Shown here: positions 42,001 to 51,595 of the stretch, piece after piece
Layout: each line of letters begins with the position of its first letter
Numbering within the stretch: the first letter of the stretch is position 1
Origin: Saccharobesus litoralis
GTDB lineage: Bacteria; Pseudomonadota; Gammaproteobacteria; Enterobacterales; Alteromonadaceae
Direction of reading: 5' to 3'
Length of the DNA stretch: 64,000 bases
Assembly (NCBI RefSeq): GCF_003063625.1
Contig: NZ_CP026604.1
Coordinates: 2,704,065-2,768,064, forward strand
Position numbers and translations under genes: made by a program
Notes under the pieces: generated by a model
Databases searched by the model: none
Told to the model about the DNA's origin: nothing
The model's input: the letters and a program-made list of their open reading frames with translations, nothing else

Positions 42001-42423
42001 AGCATATAGGGTTACCTGTTTGACTTTTTAGCTTGATAGTTTTTTTTTAACAGTGTGATAAATTAGGCTTTGTAAAGCAAACAGTGCGAAATGGGGGGCG
42101 GAAATTCAGACTCCACTGCTAGTTGCACTATTATGAATCATTTTTAGTTGTTCAGAGTGCAATCTGCAATAACCACATTGTTAAAATGCACTGAAAAACC
42201 CGTGCAAACGAAGAAAAAGCATGCAGATGAATATTTTTTGAATTTTTATTTTGAGTGAGGAGGGATCCGAGATTATAGTGGTAAATATGTTTTTGCCAAG
42301 TTGATGTGTTGATAAATTTACTTTTTATTAAATATTCATTTCAACCGTTATCTTACTGAATAAAACAATGGGAATATTAAGCTTGTATTAGAAATACATT
42401 GAAAATATCGATAGAATCGCGTC

Positions 42424-43587
42424 ATGCAGAATACTTTCCAAAAAACTTACCAAGATGATGATACTGAAGGCCTTAGTCAAAACGATTTGGATTGTCTTAG
42501 AGATAAAATCCTTCGAAGCCATCATGAATTTCGAAGCTCGGTTAAGCAGGGAGATAAAGATTACATCAGGGAATTACACAAATATTCTAAATTTAAACAA
42601 GATGAAAAAATCTTATCTCGCTTAGACACCGACTATAAAAAATTGTCAAAGTATTTTATATGCGCATCAAAATTAGAAGTGGCAAGAATAAAGCCTCGAC
42701 TGATTAATGTAGATGAAAGTAATTTATTTAAACGGCTCTTTAAACTGGTAAGACATTCTTGGTCTATGCCTTATTCAAAAGGGTATGGTCGCCGAATTAG
42801 ATTTATTGTTTGGGATGATTTTCACGACTCTGTTATTGGGATTATAGGTTTACAATCCCCCCCAGCTGATCTAAAAGCAAGAGATCAGCTTTTTGATTAC
42901 CCCGAAAATCAGAAATTACCACTTGTTAATCAAACTCTGGATGTGTACACATTAGGTGCAATCCCCCCGTATTCCAATTTATTGGGGGGGAAGTTGGTCG
43001 CTGGACTTGTAGGAGCTGATGCAATTAGGCAAGTATACTGGTCAAAATATGCTGGAAAGAGATCGCAAATCAATAATGTATTAGTGGAACAACCGCTGGT
43101 TGGTGCTACTACAACTAGTGCTTTTGGGCGTAGTTCGATATACAACAGGCTTAAATATCAAGATAGACTTTTAGCAAGACCAATAGGTTATACTCGAGGA
43201 TATGGGACAATACATTTAGAACCATATTTTGAGGAGCTTACTGGAATACTTAAGGCGCATAACATATACCACAATGGCGGCTATGGAAAAGGGCCAAAGC
43301 CTAAATGGCAAAATGCAGTTAGAGCATTGAAGATATTAGGGCTTAACTCTGAGTATCTGCAGCATGGGCTTGGAAGAGAGGTATTTCTTTTCGAGTTTTT
43401 TGACGATTTAAAAACTGGGATGTCAGGAGGTAGTTTTGGTCGAGCGCTTCTACTAGATTCTGAAGAATACTCGCAATACTGGTTAGAACGATGGGCTGAG
43501 CCTAGAGCTATAAGATACCCTGATTGGAGATGCTTTGATGTAAATGGATACTTCCTTAGTTGCTTTACCTCTAATTACTCGGCTTAG
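42424..43587 (+). CDS. Unknown 387-aa protein with several Gly-rich conserved-looking motifs. Gene 1 of the AT-rich island.
   Basis: GYGRRIRFIVWDD, LGGKLVAGLVGADAIR, GYTRGYGTIHL, NGGYGKGPKPKW. Confidence 0.5.
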   Translation: MQNTFQKTYQDDDTEGLSQNDLDCLRDKILRSHHEFRSSVKQGDKDYIRELHKYSKFKQDEKILSRLDTDYKKLSKYFICASKLEVARIKPRLINVDESNLFKRLFKLVRHSWSMPYSKGYGRRIRFIVWDDFHDSVIGIIGLQSPPADLKARDQLFDYPENQKLPLVNQTLDVYTLGAIPPYSNLLGGKLVAGLVGADAIRQVYWSKYAGKRSQINNVLVEQPLVGATTTSAFGRSSIYNRLKYQDRLLARPIGYTRGYGTIHLEPYFEELTGILKAHNIYHNGGYGKGPKPKWQNAVRALKILGLNSEYLQHGLGREVFLFEFFDDLKTGMSGGSFGRALLLDSEEYSQYWLERWAEPRAIRYPDWRCFDVNGYFLSCFTSNYSA

Positions 43588-43659
43588 GGTTAGAATTTAG
43601 TTGCATTTTAGTTTTTTTTGCGTAACTTTAAGGGGACTGTGACCAAATAGGGAAATATA

Positions 43660-46326
43660 ATGCGTATCCAAATGTCTGATCGTCTGCGGACATGGCTTAA
43701 AGACTCTCCTATCCTTCCTGAACAATTTACTTTAAAATCAGCATCAGGTAACAGTTCATCTCGATATCAGATCCAGGAAAGGGATGAAAGCGGCAAAGTT
43801 TCTAATGTATCTGGTAGAATTGGTTTTAAGGGTTTTGTTCTTAAAGTTAAAGATATCGATACTCATGCTATATATGCGGCGAAATTTACTATCCCCCAAG
43901 ACTACGATCACAGTCGTGATGAATTTCATGAATCCCGTTTAGCAACCCTACTGCAGCCTGCAAGCAATTTGTTTTCTATTCCTAAATCTTGTGGCAGGGT
44001 GAAGTTTTTTGAGGGAATGCCAAAAGAAGATTGCTTTGATGAATTTGTGTGCTTTATTTCAGATTGGGTAGAGGGAGAAACTTTGGAGTCTTTGTTAAAT
44101 AGAAGAGACGACATAGTTTCACCGTACTTTGCCAGCAAGTTGTCAATTCAATTGAACAAAGCTCTGGGTTTTCTAAATCGAGTTAATTTAAAACATGATG
44201 ACTTGCATTATGGAAATGTAATGGTGTTGACACCGGAACGTGATCTAATATTTGATGATGAAGACAGAGATCAATTAAATATAAAAGTCATAGATACTGG
44301 TAGCTTAAAGCCATATAAACAAGAAAATAGTAAGCCATATGATGATTTACTCCACTACACAAAAATACTAGTCGATATCTTCAACGTCCTTATTAAAAAT
44401 AGAAGAACGGTCTCAAATAACAGGCTTTTTTTCGAACATTTTGAAAGAGTAATAAAGTCCCTAAATTGTGATGATCCTCAGCGATTTTTCCCAAATCTAT
44501 ATGCTGATATTCAAAGTGAACTGAAAAAGCTTGAGCATTACTTGAGTTACCAAGACAGTGAGTTTGAAGAAACTTTCCATCCATTCGATGCTATTTCAGC
44601 TGAACAACTGGCAAGTGATCAAATGCTTTTGGATTTATTTGTAGATAACATCCCATGGATGGATGATGTAACATCTAAGGCTTCAATTGTACTTACCGGT
44701 CCAAGAGGATGTGGTAAATCAATGATGTTACGTTATTTGAGTGTACGTGCTCACCTACATAACCAAACTGGTAATTTAGAGCAAATTCAATCTCTTCCTT
44801 TCTTTGGCGTTTTTGTTAGTTGCGCCACAGAATTACAAAATAGCCTTTCGATTTTCTCAAGAGACAAAAGTGGAGACTTGCTTGATAAATATAGCGATGA
44901 AGTCGTAACTTTTTTTAATATAGTTGTAGCGCGAGAATTATTCAGAAGTATCGCAAGTGTCAAAAAAAATCAGGTAGCAAGTAATTATTTTTGTATTTTA
45001 GATTCGACCGAAGAGGAATTAGTCAACATAACTAAGTCTTATTTGGGAGATGATTGGCTAAGCAGAAGATTTTCAGGGACTCCATTATCTTGGCAAGCTG
45101 CGGAATCTTTAGACAAGCTAAGGCTTAAGCTAAGTGCATCTATGCTAAATGGTACCAAAACCTGTAAAAAGCTACCTGATAACTATTTAGCTGAGCTAAC
45201 ATCTTCATTAAGCAGCAGTTCGAGGTATTTTCGAGTAAATCCAGTTGCCTTTTTATTGGATGATTATACTAGTTATAGGATACCAATAGACGTTCAAAAA
45301 TTAATCAATAAAATTGTCTTTGAAAGAAGAGCTTCACACATATTTAAAATTTCTTGTGAAAAATACGGCTTTTCTCCCAAAGACAACAGCAATATCCGTA
45401 TTGAAGCAGACCGTGAATTTCATGAAATTGACGCTGGAGCACATTTACTAAGTGCGCTTGGGTTAGCTGAAACCACTTCTGCTAAACGCAGAAAAGATGC
45501 TCAACATTTTATTGAGAATCTAATTGATCGCCGTTTACGTATGGCAAAGTGGTCGGGCACAACAAAATCACTAATCGGTAAAAGTGATTATGACACATAT
45601 ATATCTGTTGCTAGGGCTATACATGCTAACAAAGGTGTCAAAAATGAAAGTATTTATCATGGGTTAGAGGTGTTGGCCGACATTTGGAGCGGTGATATTG
45701 CAACAATCTTGCAGGTAGCTAGAACGATGTTTTCTTTAGCGCAAGTCAAGAAAGTTACGACAAAACAAATTTCTAAAGCAGTACAACATCGATCCATTGT
45801 AAATATATCTAGGTCTTACTTGGAGAGAATTGAAGCTTTTCACCCTAATGGACCTGAGTTACAAGAGGTCGTAAGAAATTTTGGTGCGACTGTCACCAAC
45901 CTGCTTATTCATGGAGATCTTGTTAACAAAAAAAGCAAATCGATTAACCCAAGAATGGTTCCTAGGATTGAAATGACTTTGGACTTTGGGGATGATTTAA
46001 TGCTGCAGTTGAAAGAGCAAAACCCGTTAGCGGCGCAAGTTGCGAAGGAGTTATTGAGGAGAGCTATATTCATTGAATTAGATCATGGTAGGAGCAAAGA
46101 AAGTAATAAGAAAGGCACACTTAGATGGGAGTTTCGAAGAATATACCTTCCTGGAGCTGGAGCTGCGCTAGGGAAAAATCATTACATTGAAATAAAAACA
46201 GTTAAAGAATTGATAATGCTTCTTACAGATCAAGCTCAGTTTAAGAGCATTATGGATGGTAGGTATCTAAAAAATAAAGGAATGGACGATTTATTCTCAG
46301 AAGAATATGAAACGGAGGATGGTTAA
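43660..46326 (+). CDS. 888-aa fusion protein. N-terminal eukaryotic-like Ser/Thr protein kinase fold, then a P-loop NTPase, then an about 350-aa helical C-terminal region.
   Basis: Gly loop GRIGFKGFV. AxK (YAAK75). Catalytic loop HDDLHYGN (179-186). DTG in VIDTGS (211-216). Walker A GPRGCGKS (347-354). Candidate Walker B FLLDDY (531-536). Confidence 0.65.
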   Translation: MRIQMSDRLRTWLKDSPILPEQFTLKSASGNSSSRYQIQERDESGKVSNVSGRIGFKGFVLKVKDIDTHAIYAAKFTIPQDYDHSRDEFHESRLATLLQPASNLFSIPKSCGRVKFFEGMPKEDCFDEFVCFISDWVEGETLESLLNRRDDIVSPYFASKLSIQLNKALGFLNRVNLKHDDLHYGNVMVLTPERDLIFDDEDRDQLNIKVIDTGSLKPYKQENSKPYDDLLHYTKILVDIFNVLIKNRRTVSNNRLFFEHFERVIKSLNCDDPQRFFPNLYADIQSELKKLEHYLSYQDSEFEETFHPFDAISAEQLASDQMLLDLFVDNIPWMDDVTSKASIVLTGPRGCGKSMMLRYLSVRAHLHNQTGNLEQIQSLPFFGVFVSCATELQNSLSIFSRDKSGDLLDKYSDEVVTFFNIVVARELFRSIASVKKNQVASNYFCILDSTEEELVNITKSYLGDDWLSRRFSGTPLSWQAAESLDKLRLKLSASMLNGTKTCKKLPDNYLAELTSSLSSSSRYFRVNPVAFLLDDYTSYRIPIDVQKLINKIVFERRASHIFKISCEKYGFSPKDNSNIRIEADREFHEIDAGAHLLSALGLAETTSAKRRKDAQHFIENLIDRRLRMAKWSGTTKSLIGKSDYDTYISVARAIHANKGVKNESIYHGLEVLADIWSGDIATILQVARTMFSLAQVKKVTTKQISKAVQHRSIVNISRSYLERIEAFHPNGPELQEVVRNFGATVTNLLIHGDLVNKKSKSINPRMVPRIEMTLDFGDDLMLQLKEQNPLAAQVAKELLRRAIFIELDHGRSKESNKKGTLRWEFRRIYLPGAGAALGKNHYIEIKTVKELIMLLTDQAQFKSIMDGRYLKNKGMDDLFSEEYETEDG

Positions 46327-47508
46327 ATGGTTAGGCGACGTTCGGGTATATTAAATAAATTCTCAGTCAGTGAAGCCTGTATAGACCTTCCTGATATTAC
46401 GCTTTTCAATCATGATAAAATTAAAACCTTTGATTTAGTTATAACTACAGTTGGGTTTGAAGATAGAAGTCTTGCTTTTGTTCAAGAAAGTTGTTCTGAG
46501 TTTCAATGTGAATATGCTTTAGTTGGGAAATATAAAACAAATAAAGTAGAAAATGAGATAAACGAAGCTAGTATAACTAATTTTTTTATGTCCCACTCAA
46601 TCCATACTAGTGAAGTTTGTGCCGATAGTCCGTTAGCTATCAGTAAAAAAATCAATGAAATATTAGACAATATTAGTCAAGAAAAAAAAATCATCCGTTG
46701 TTTCTTTGACATTAGCTCAGCCTCCAATAGATTTATATTGTCCGTGTTGCAAACACTTACAAGTTCAAATCTAGAGTTAGGCTTAAGTATATTTTATGCA
46801 GAGCCGACAGACTACTTCCCCCAAAGCTCAGAATACCATTCAAACCCAGAGGCTTGTATAAGCGAAGCGTTAGCTAGTTCTTCGAAAGAGCCATTAATCG
46901 AAACTGGCGTAAGTGCGGTAAATGAGAATGAATTATACCCTGGACATTTTCCTGAAGTTGGCAAGCCTTTCCTAATATCTATTCCTTCATACCGTATGAC
47001 TAGAATGGGGAGGTGTATCCAGCAAATTGATGAGCAACTTCTTTCTTCTTCAAACAAAGATAGTTGTTTCTGGATATTTGGTGAACCCAAAAAAGAAATT
47101 TTAAAATGGCGTACGATGTACCAAAAAAGTATTGTTGAAAACTATTTGAAGAAATTCACAACCGAAGATTCAGATAGTTATCAGCCTCCCTTAACTGAAG
47201 AAAATAGTAAGCGTTGTTGTACTTTAAACTATAAGGAAATCCTGGCTGCTTTGATTGAGCTGGCAGATAGTAATTTGGGTAAAAGGATAACTATTGTTCC
47301 TATGGGATCAAAGCTTCAGGCTGTTGGGGTGGCATTGGCATTGTACGCTAGAAGCGAATGTTCTGTGCTTCATGCGTCACCAGGAGCATTTAACCCAAAC
47401 CGATACTCCAATGGAATTGGAGACAAATGGCTCTTGGAGTTTGAAAGTATTAGTAACGTTAAACGAATAGTTAGTAAAATTGGCGAGTTAGAGTTAACGC
47501 CCATATAA
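46327..47508 (+). CDS. Unknown 393-aa protein, translationally coupled to the kinase-NTPase gene
   Basis: Start codon immediately follows the upstream stop. No motif I recognise. Confidence 0.45.
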   Translation: MVRRRSGILNKFSVSEACIDLPDITLFNHDKIKTFDLVITTVGFEDRSLAFVQESCSEFQCEYALVGKYKTNKVENEINEASITNFFMSHSIHTSEVCADSPLAISKKINEILDNISQEKKIIRCFFDISSASNRFILSVLQTLTSSNLELGLSIFYAEPTDYFPQSSEYHSNPEACISEALASSSKEPLIETGVSAVNENELYPGHFPEVGKPFLISIPSYRMTRMGRCIQQIDEQLLSSSNKDSCFWIFGEPKKEILKWRTMYQKSIVENYLKKFTTEDSDSYQPPLTEENSKRCCTLNYKEILAALIELADSNLGKRITIVPMGSKLQAVGVALALYARSECSVLHASPGAFNPNRYSNGIGDKWLLEFESISNVKRIVSKIGELELTPI

Positions 47509-47563
47509 GAATAAGAGCTTTATATTAATTTAGAGACAAAAATAGTCGAATAGAGACACTTAA

Positions 47564-47977
47564 ATGGAATGCAAAAATCAAACATCGACGCCAAGTACAT
47601 TGATTGACGAAATAGACAAGTCAATTAATAAGTCACTTAAACATGCTAGAAAAAATTACTACTATTCTAGCGTACTTATAGTTACATCAATATTGGCAAG
47701 CTTTTTAACGGCAATAGCTGTTGCTGATGGAACAGAGCTGTTTAGTAAATTTCAGATGGCTTTATTTGCGGCTATTCCTGGAACCGCAATTACACTGTCT
47801 TCAAGAATGAAATTTGAAGAGAAATGTAAATGGTATTATAAGAAGTTTCATGACATAAGCGCATTAAAACGCGATATTGAATATAACAATTTCCCGAAGG
47901 AAGAAGCATCTAAAAAACTATCCTTAATACTGAGCCAAAGTGAAAAACTCTATCCTGGATTTGGCTCTAATGATTAG
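47564..47977 (+). CDS. Small two-TM membrane protein (candidate membrane effector)
   Basis: Hydrophobic helices at aa about 33-56 and 63-80. Charged C-terminal tail. Confidence 0.45.
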   Translation: MECKNQTSTPSTLIDEIDKSINKSLKHARKNYYYSSVLIVTSILASFLTAIAVADGTELFSKFQMALFAAIPGTAITLSSRMKFEEKCKWYYKKFHDISALKRDIEYNNFPKEEASKKLSLILSQSEKLYPGFGSND

Positions 47978-48081
47978 TAAACTTAACAGCCCTATTCATA
48001 ACTCTATTATCAAACAGCTATTTAGGACTGGCGGGTTATCGAGATTTCAAAAATTATTACCTTCACTACGTTTGCCGGCAC

Positions 48082-48696
48082 TTGAAGTCTTATTTTCCTA
48101 GATTATTAAGCTATACGCGGTTTATTGGGATTGCTTCTAGTGTCGTTGTTCCTATGTGTAGTTACTTAACATCTAAGCTTGGTAAACCAACCGGTATCCA
48201 ATTTGTCGATTCTACAAAAATAGAGGTTTGCCATATTATCAGAGCCAAAAGAAACAAGGTGTTTGAGGGAGTTGCTAGACATGGTAAAGGCACAATGGGA
48301 TGGTCTTTTGGTTTTAAGTTACACTTAGTTATCAATCACTTCGGTGAAATAGTTTCATTGAAACTAACAGAGGGGAACATAGATGATCGCAAACCAGTCC
48401 CTGAAATGACAGAGTCACTATTTGGTAAACTTTATGGTGACAAAGGTTATATTAGCAAAGCGCTATCGGGAGAGTTGCTTGAAAAGGGAGTTGAATTGAT
48501 AACAACAATCCGTAAAAACATGAAGAAAAAATTCATCTCATTATGGGATAGAGCCATACTTAAAAAGCGGTTCATAATAGAAACAGTGAATGACCAATTG
48601 AAAAACATTTCGTACATTGAGCACTCCAGACACCGCAGCGCACATGGCTTTATGCTGAATTTGCTTGGCGGTTTAATCGCATATAGTTTAAAATAA
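48082..48696 (+). pseudogene. IS982-family transposase, 5'-truncated remnant
   Basis: 204 aa starting at TTG. …KGTMGWSFGFKLHLVINHFGEI…GDKGYIS… resembles the IS982 Tnp C-terminal two-thirds. Confidence 0.55.
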
Positions 48697-49113
48697 GAGA
48701 AGCCATCATTAGATTTAACAGCAGAGGAACTGGAGCTATTAAATAGCAACAATTTAATGCTGGCTTAACCAGAGCTCAGGTTAATTATTGAACTAGAGTC
48801 ATGAGCAGTGCTGAACTCTTTATAACAGCTTGTTATCGGATTAAAGAGGTAAATTCTGAACTATTACCAACTTTAGAAATGACTTAATGTTCATTACTTT
48901 TAGTAAATCAAATTCTGCCAAAATGATTTTTGGTATCTAAATATATAGCTAAAACCCTCAAAAGAGCTTATTTATTCAAGTTTTGACCTATTTAGTCTTT
49001 TTGGCTACGCGGTAAATTTGTAAAAGTTTATGTGCCCTGGATTTTTTCAGAAATAAACTGAACCCGACAGATCAACAATAATTTTTTATTGAATGTTTGC
49101 GTATTTGTACAGC

Positions 49114-49129
49114 CTGTATATACTAACAG
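49114..49129 (+). promoter_or_regulatory. LexA box (CTGT-N8-ACAG) upstream of lexA
   Basis: CTGTATATACTAACAG, 28 bp before the lexA start. Confidence 0.8.
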
Positions 49130-49156
49130 GTAAGCAGCCATTACGGATCCACTAAA

Positions 49157-49780
49157 ATGAAGCCACTTACTCCTCGTCAAGCAGAGATCCTGCAACTAAT
49201 TAAAGATAATATTTCAGAAACTGGTATGCCGCCAACACGAGCTGAAATAGCTAAAACATTAGGCTTTAAATCACCTAATGCAGCGGAAGAACATTTAAAA
49301 GCGTTAGCACGTAAAGGCGCTATAGAAATAATGCCGGGCACGAGTCGTGGTATTCGTCTAATTGGCGCTGCTAATGATGAAAGTGAAAATGAAGGTTTGC
49401 CTTTAGTGGGTAAAGTGGCTGCGGGTTCACCTATTTTGGCGACAGAGCATGTAGAAAGCCGCTATCAAGTGGATCCCAACTTATTTAAGCCAAATGCTGA
49501 CTATTTATTGCGGGTTGAAGGCGAAAGCATGAAAGATATTGGTATTATGGATGGCGATTTATTGGCTGTGCATAAAACGCAATCGGTGCGTAATGGTCAG
49601 GTTGTGGTGGCTCGAGTGGAAGAGGATGTCACGGTGAAGCGTTTTGAGAAGAATGGTGGTGAAATTTTACTTCATGCTGAAAACCAAGAGTTTGCGCCTA
49701 TTAAAGTGGATTTAGCCTCAACACCTTTTGAAATAGAAGGGATTGCCGTTGGTGTTATTCGCAACACGACTTGGATGTAA
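49157..49780 (+). CDS. lexA: LexA repressor
   Basis: [17 protein letters not shown]… Ser/Lys peptidase C-domain (…EGESMKD…). Confidence 0.95.
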   Translation: MKPLTPRQAEILQLIKDNISETGMPPTRAEIAKTLGFKSPNAAEEHLKALARKGAIEIMPGTSRGIRLIGAANDESENEGLPLVGKVAAGSPILATEHVESRYQVDPNLFKPNADYLLRVEGESMKDIGIMDGDLLAVHKTQSVRNGQVVVARVEEDVTVKRFEKNGGEILLHAENQEFAPIKVDLASTPFEIEGIAVGVIRNTTWM

Positions 49781-49800
49781 TAAAACCTGTTTGTTGATGT

Positions 49801-49987
49801 TATAGTCAAAGTGATCAGGTTTTAGGGGAAGCCGTCAAAGCTACCGCATCCGTGCTCTCGCTCCTTACCTACATCCATGTAGGCAAGCTTCGAGCCCCCA
49901 TGAGCATATGCTCTACTATGTGATTGGGGTGAGTAAGCGCTGACAATGAACCATAAGACCTGAGCGAGAAGACTATATAGCCGTGCG
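49801..49987. mobile_element. MITE-like element copy C (187-bp short variant lacking the hairpin modules). TA on both flanks.
   Basis: Colinear with the ends and core of copy B. Confidence 0.75.
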
Positions 49988-50431
49988 TATCTTACGCATG
50001 GCTTGTTAGTTTCCCTTCAGTGCTTGGCTAAATTGCTGCTTTAGGCAATTGAGTTACCATTTTCTATATTGGCATCAGTGGCCTATTATCTCTTTTCATT
50101 TTTAATATCTATTTCTAAGCTTCTTATAGTAAAAAAATCCAACTGCTAGATATTTGTTCAGATAAGTAGCGAAAACCTACGTTTTTAGCGGCTTTTAGCT
50201 CTTGTTTGCCTTTCTTAAAACCTCTTTTAATTCAATAACCTTGTTAAAAAAATGTAAGTTTATTGGACGTATATCAAATTACTGTCTAATTTTTATTTGT
50301 CGGCTGACTAAAAAAGAATCAGCCACCCAGTTTATTTATTACTAGATACTGAGCTTGTCACAATAAAAAGGTGCGAACTAGCCATAAACCATTAGAGCTA
50401 GAGCGCGATTGCCAACAAGGGGAGTTGCTTG

Positions 50432-51580
50432 GTGAAAAAGGTTATTTTATCTCTACTCGCTTTTATTTGCTGTACGGGAGCTGTGTTAGCTGCATCTCCA
50501 GAATCGGCACCTATGCCATTAAACATGACGCGAGGCGTTACCTCTATTAGCGCAGATGTGTATGACTTACACATGCGAATTTTCTACATATGCACGGCAA
50601 TTGGTGTTGTAGTGTTTGGTTTAATGTTTTGGGCGATGATTTTTCATCGTAAATCACGCGGTCATAAGGCGGCTAATTTCCACGAAAGTGTAAAAGTAGA
50701 AATAGCATGGACCGTAGTGCCGTTTATCATCTTAATTGTCATGGCAATACCGGCTACGCAGACGTTAATTGCAATGGAGGACACGTCTGAACCTGATGTC
50801 AGTATTTTGGTGACAGGCTCTCAATGGAAATGGCATTACAAGTACATGGAAAATGATATTGATTTTTACAGTGTGCTTGCAACACCTACAGAACAGATCA
50901 CGGGTAAGTGGGATAAAGGGGAAAACTACTTACTTGAGGTAGATCGACCATTAGTTATCCCAACGGGTAAGAAAGTTCGTTTTTTAATGACGTCTGATGA
51001 CGTTATCCACTCATGGTGGGTGCCAGACTTCGCAGTGAAAAAAGACGCTAATCCCGGTTTTATCAACGAAGCTTGGACAAAGGTTGATGTACCTGGAATT
51101 TACCGCGGTAAATGCGCTGAACTTTGCGGTAAAGACCATGGGTTTATGCCTGTTGTGGTTATCGCTAAATCACCAAGCGATTATCAAGCTTGGGTGGATA
51201 TGCAAGTTGAGCAACGCCGCAAAGCCAAAGAGGAAGAGCAACGTTTGTTGGCCATGAATATGTCTATGGATGAGCTAATGGCGGAAGGGAAAAAGGTTTA
51301 TCTGGCTAATTGCGCAGCCTGCCATCAGCCCAATGGTGCAGGATTACCAGGTGTATTCCCTGGGTTAGTGGGGACAGGTGTAGTGACAGGGGATATTAAT
51401 ACTCATATTAACGTTGTGGTTAATGGGGTCGGTGGAACGGCTATGCAGGCATTTGGTAAGCAATTAACTAAAAAACAAATTGCCGCAGTAGTGACTTACG
51501 AGCGTAACGCTTGGGGCAACGATACAGGCGATCTGGTTCAGGTCAAAGATGTATTCGAATTTATGAAAAATAGCTTATAG
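50432..51580 (+). CDS. coxB: Cytochrome c oxidase subunit II with C-terminal cytochrome c domain
   Basis: CuA site …HSWWVPDF…CAELCG…H. C-terminal CAACH. Confidence 0.9.
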   Translation: MKKVILSLLAFICCTGAVLAASPESAPMPLNMTRGVTSISADVYDLHMRIFYICTAIGVVVFGLMFWAMIFHRKSRGHKAANFHESVKVEIAWTVVPFIILIVMAIPATQTLIAMEDTSEPDVSILVTGSQWKWHYKYMENDIDFYSVLATPTEQITGKWDKGENYLLEVDRPLVIPTGKKVRFLMTSDDVIHSWWVPDFAVKKDANPGFINEAWTKVDVPGIYRGKCAELCGKDHGFMPVVVIAKSPSDYQAWVDMQVEQRRKAKEEEQRLLAMNMSMDELMAEGKKVYLANCAACHQPNGAGLPGVFPGLVGTGVVTGDINTHINVVVNGVGGTAMQAFGKQLTKKQIAAVVTYERNAWGNDTGDLVQVKDVFEFMKNSL

Positions 51581-51595
51581 GGACGGTGAACAATA

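Noticed and set aside
42424-43587. Assigning island gene 1 as DruA and the island as Druantia
   Set aside because: Only a vague memory that DUF4338 proteins are about 390 aa. The DruE helicase and DruB-D are absent, and I cannot run the profile. Left as a hypothesis in findings.
43660-46326. Assigning the kinase gene to BREX type 2 (PglW) or the TerY-P triad
   Set aside because: No PglX methyltransferase, PglY or PglZ. No TerY vWA or PP2C phosphatase nearby. The protein is much shorter than PglW.
48082-48696. Intact IS982 element
   Set aside because: The ORF starts at TTG with in-frame sense codons upstream but no plausible N-terminus or IRs found. Treated as a truncated remnant.
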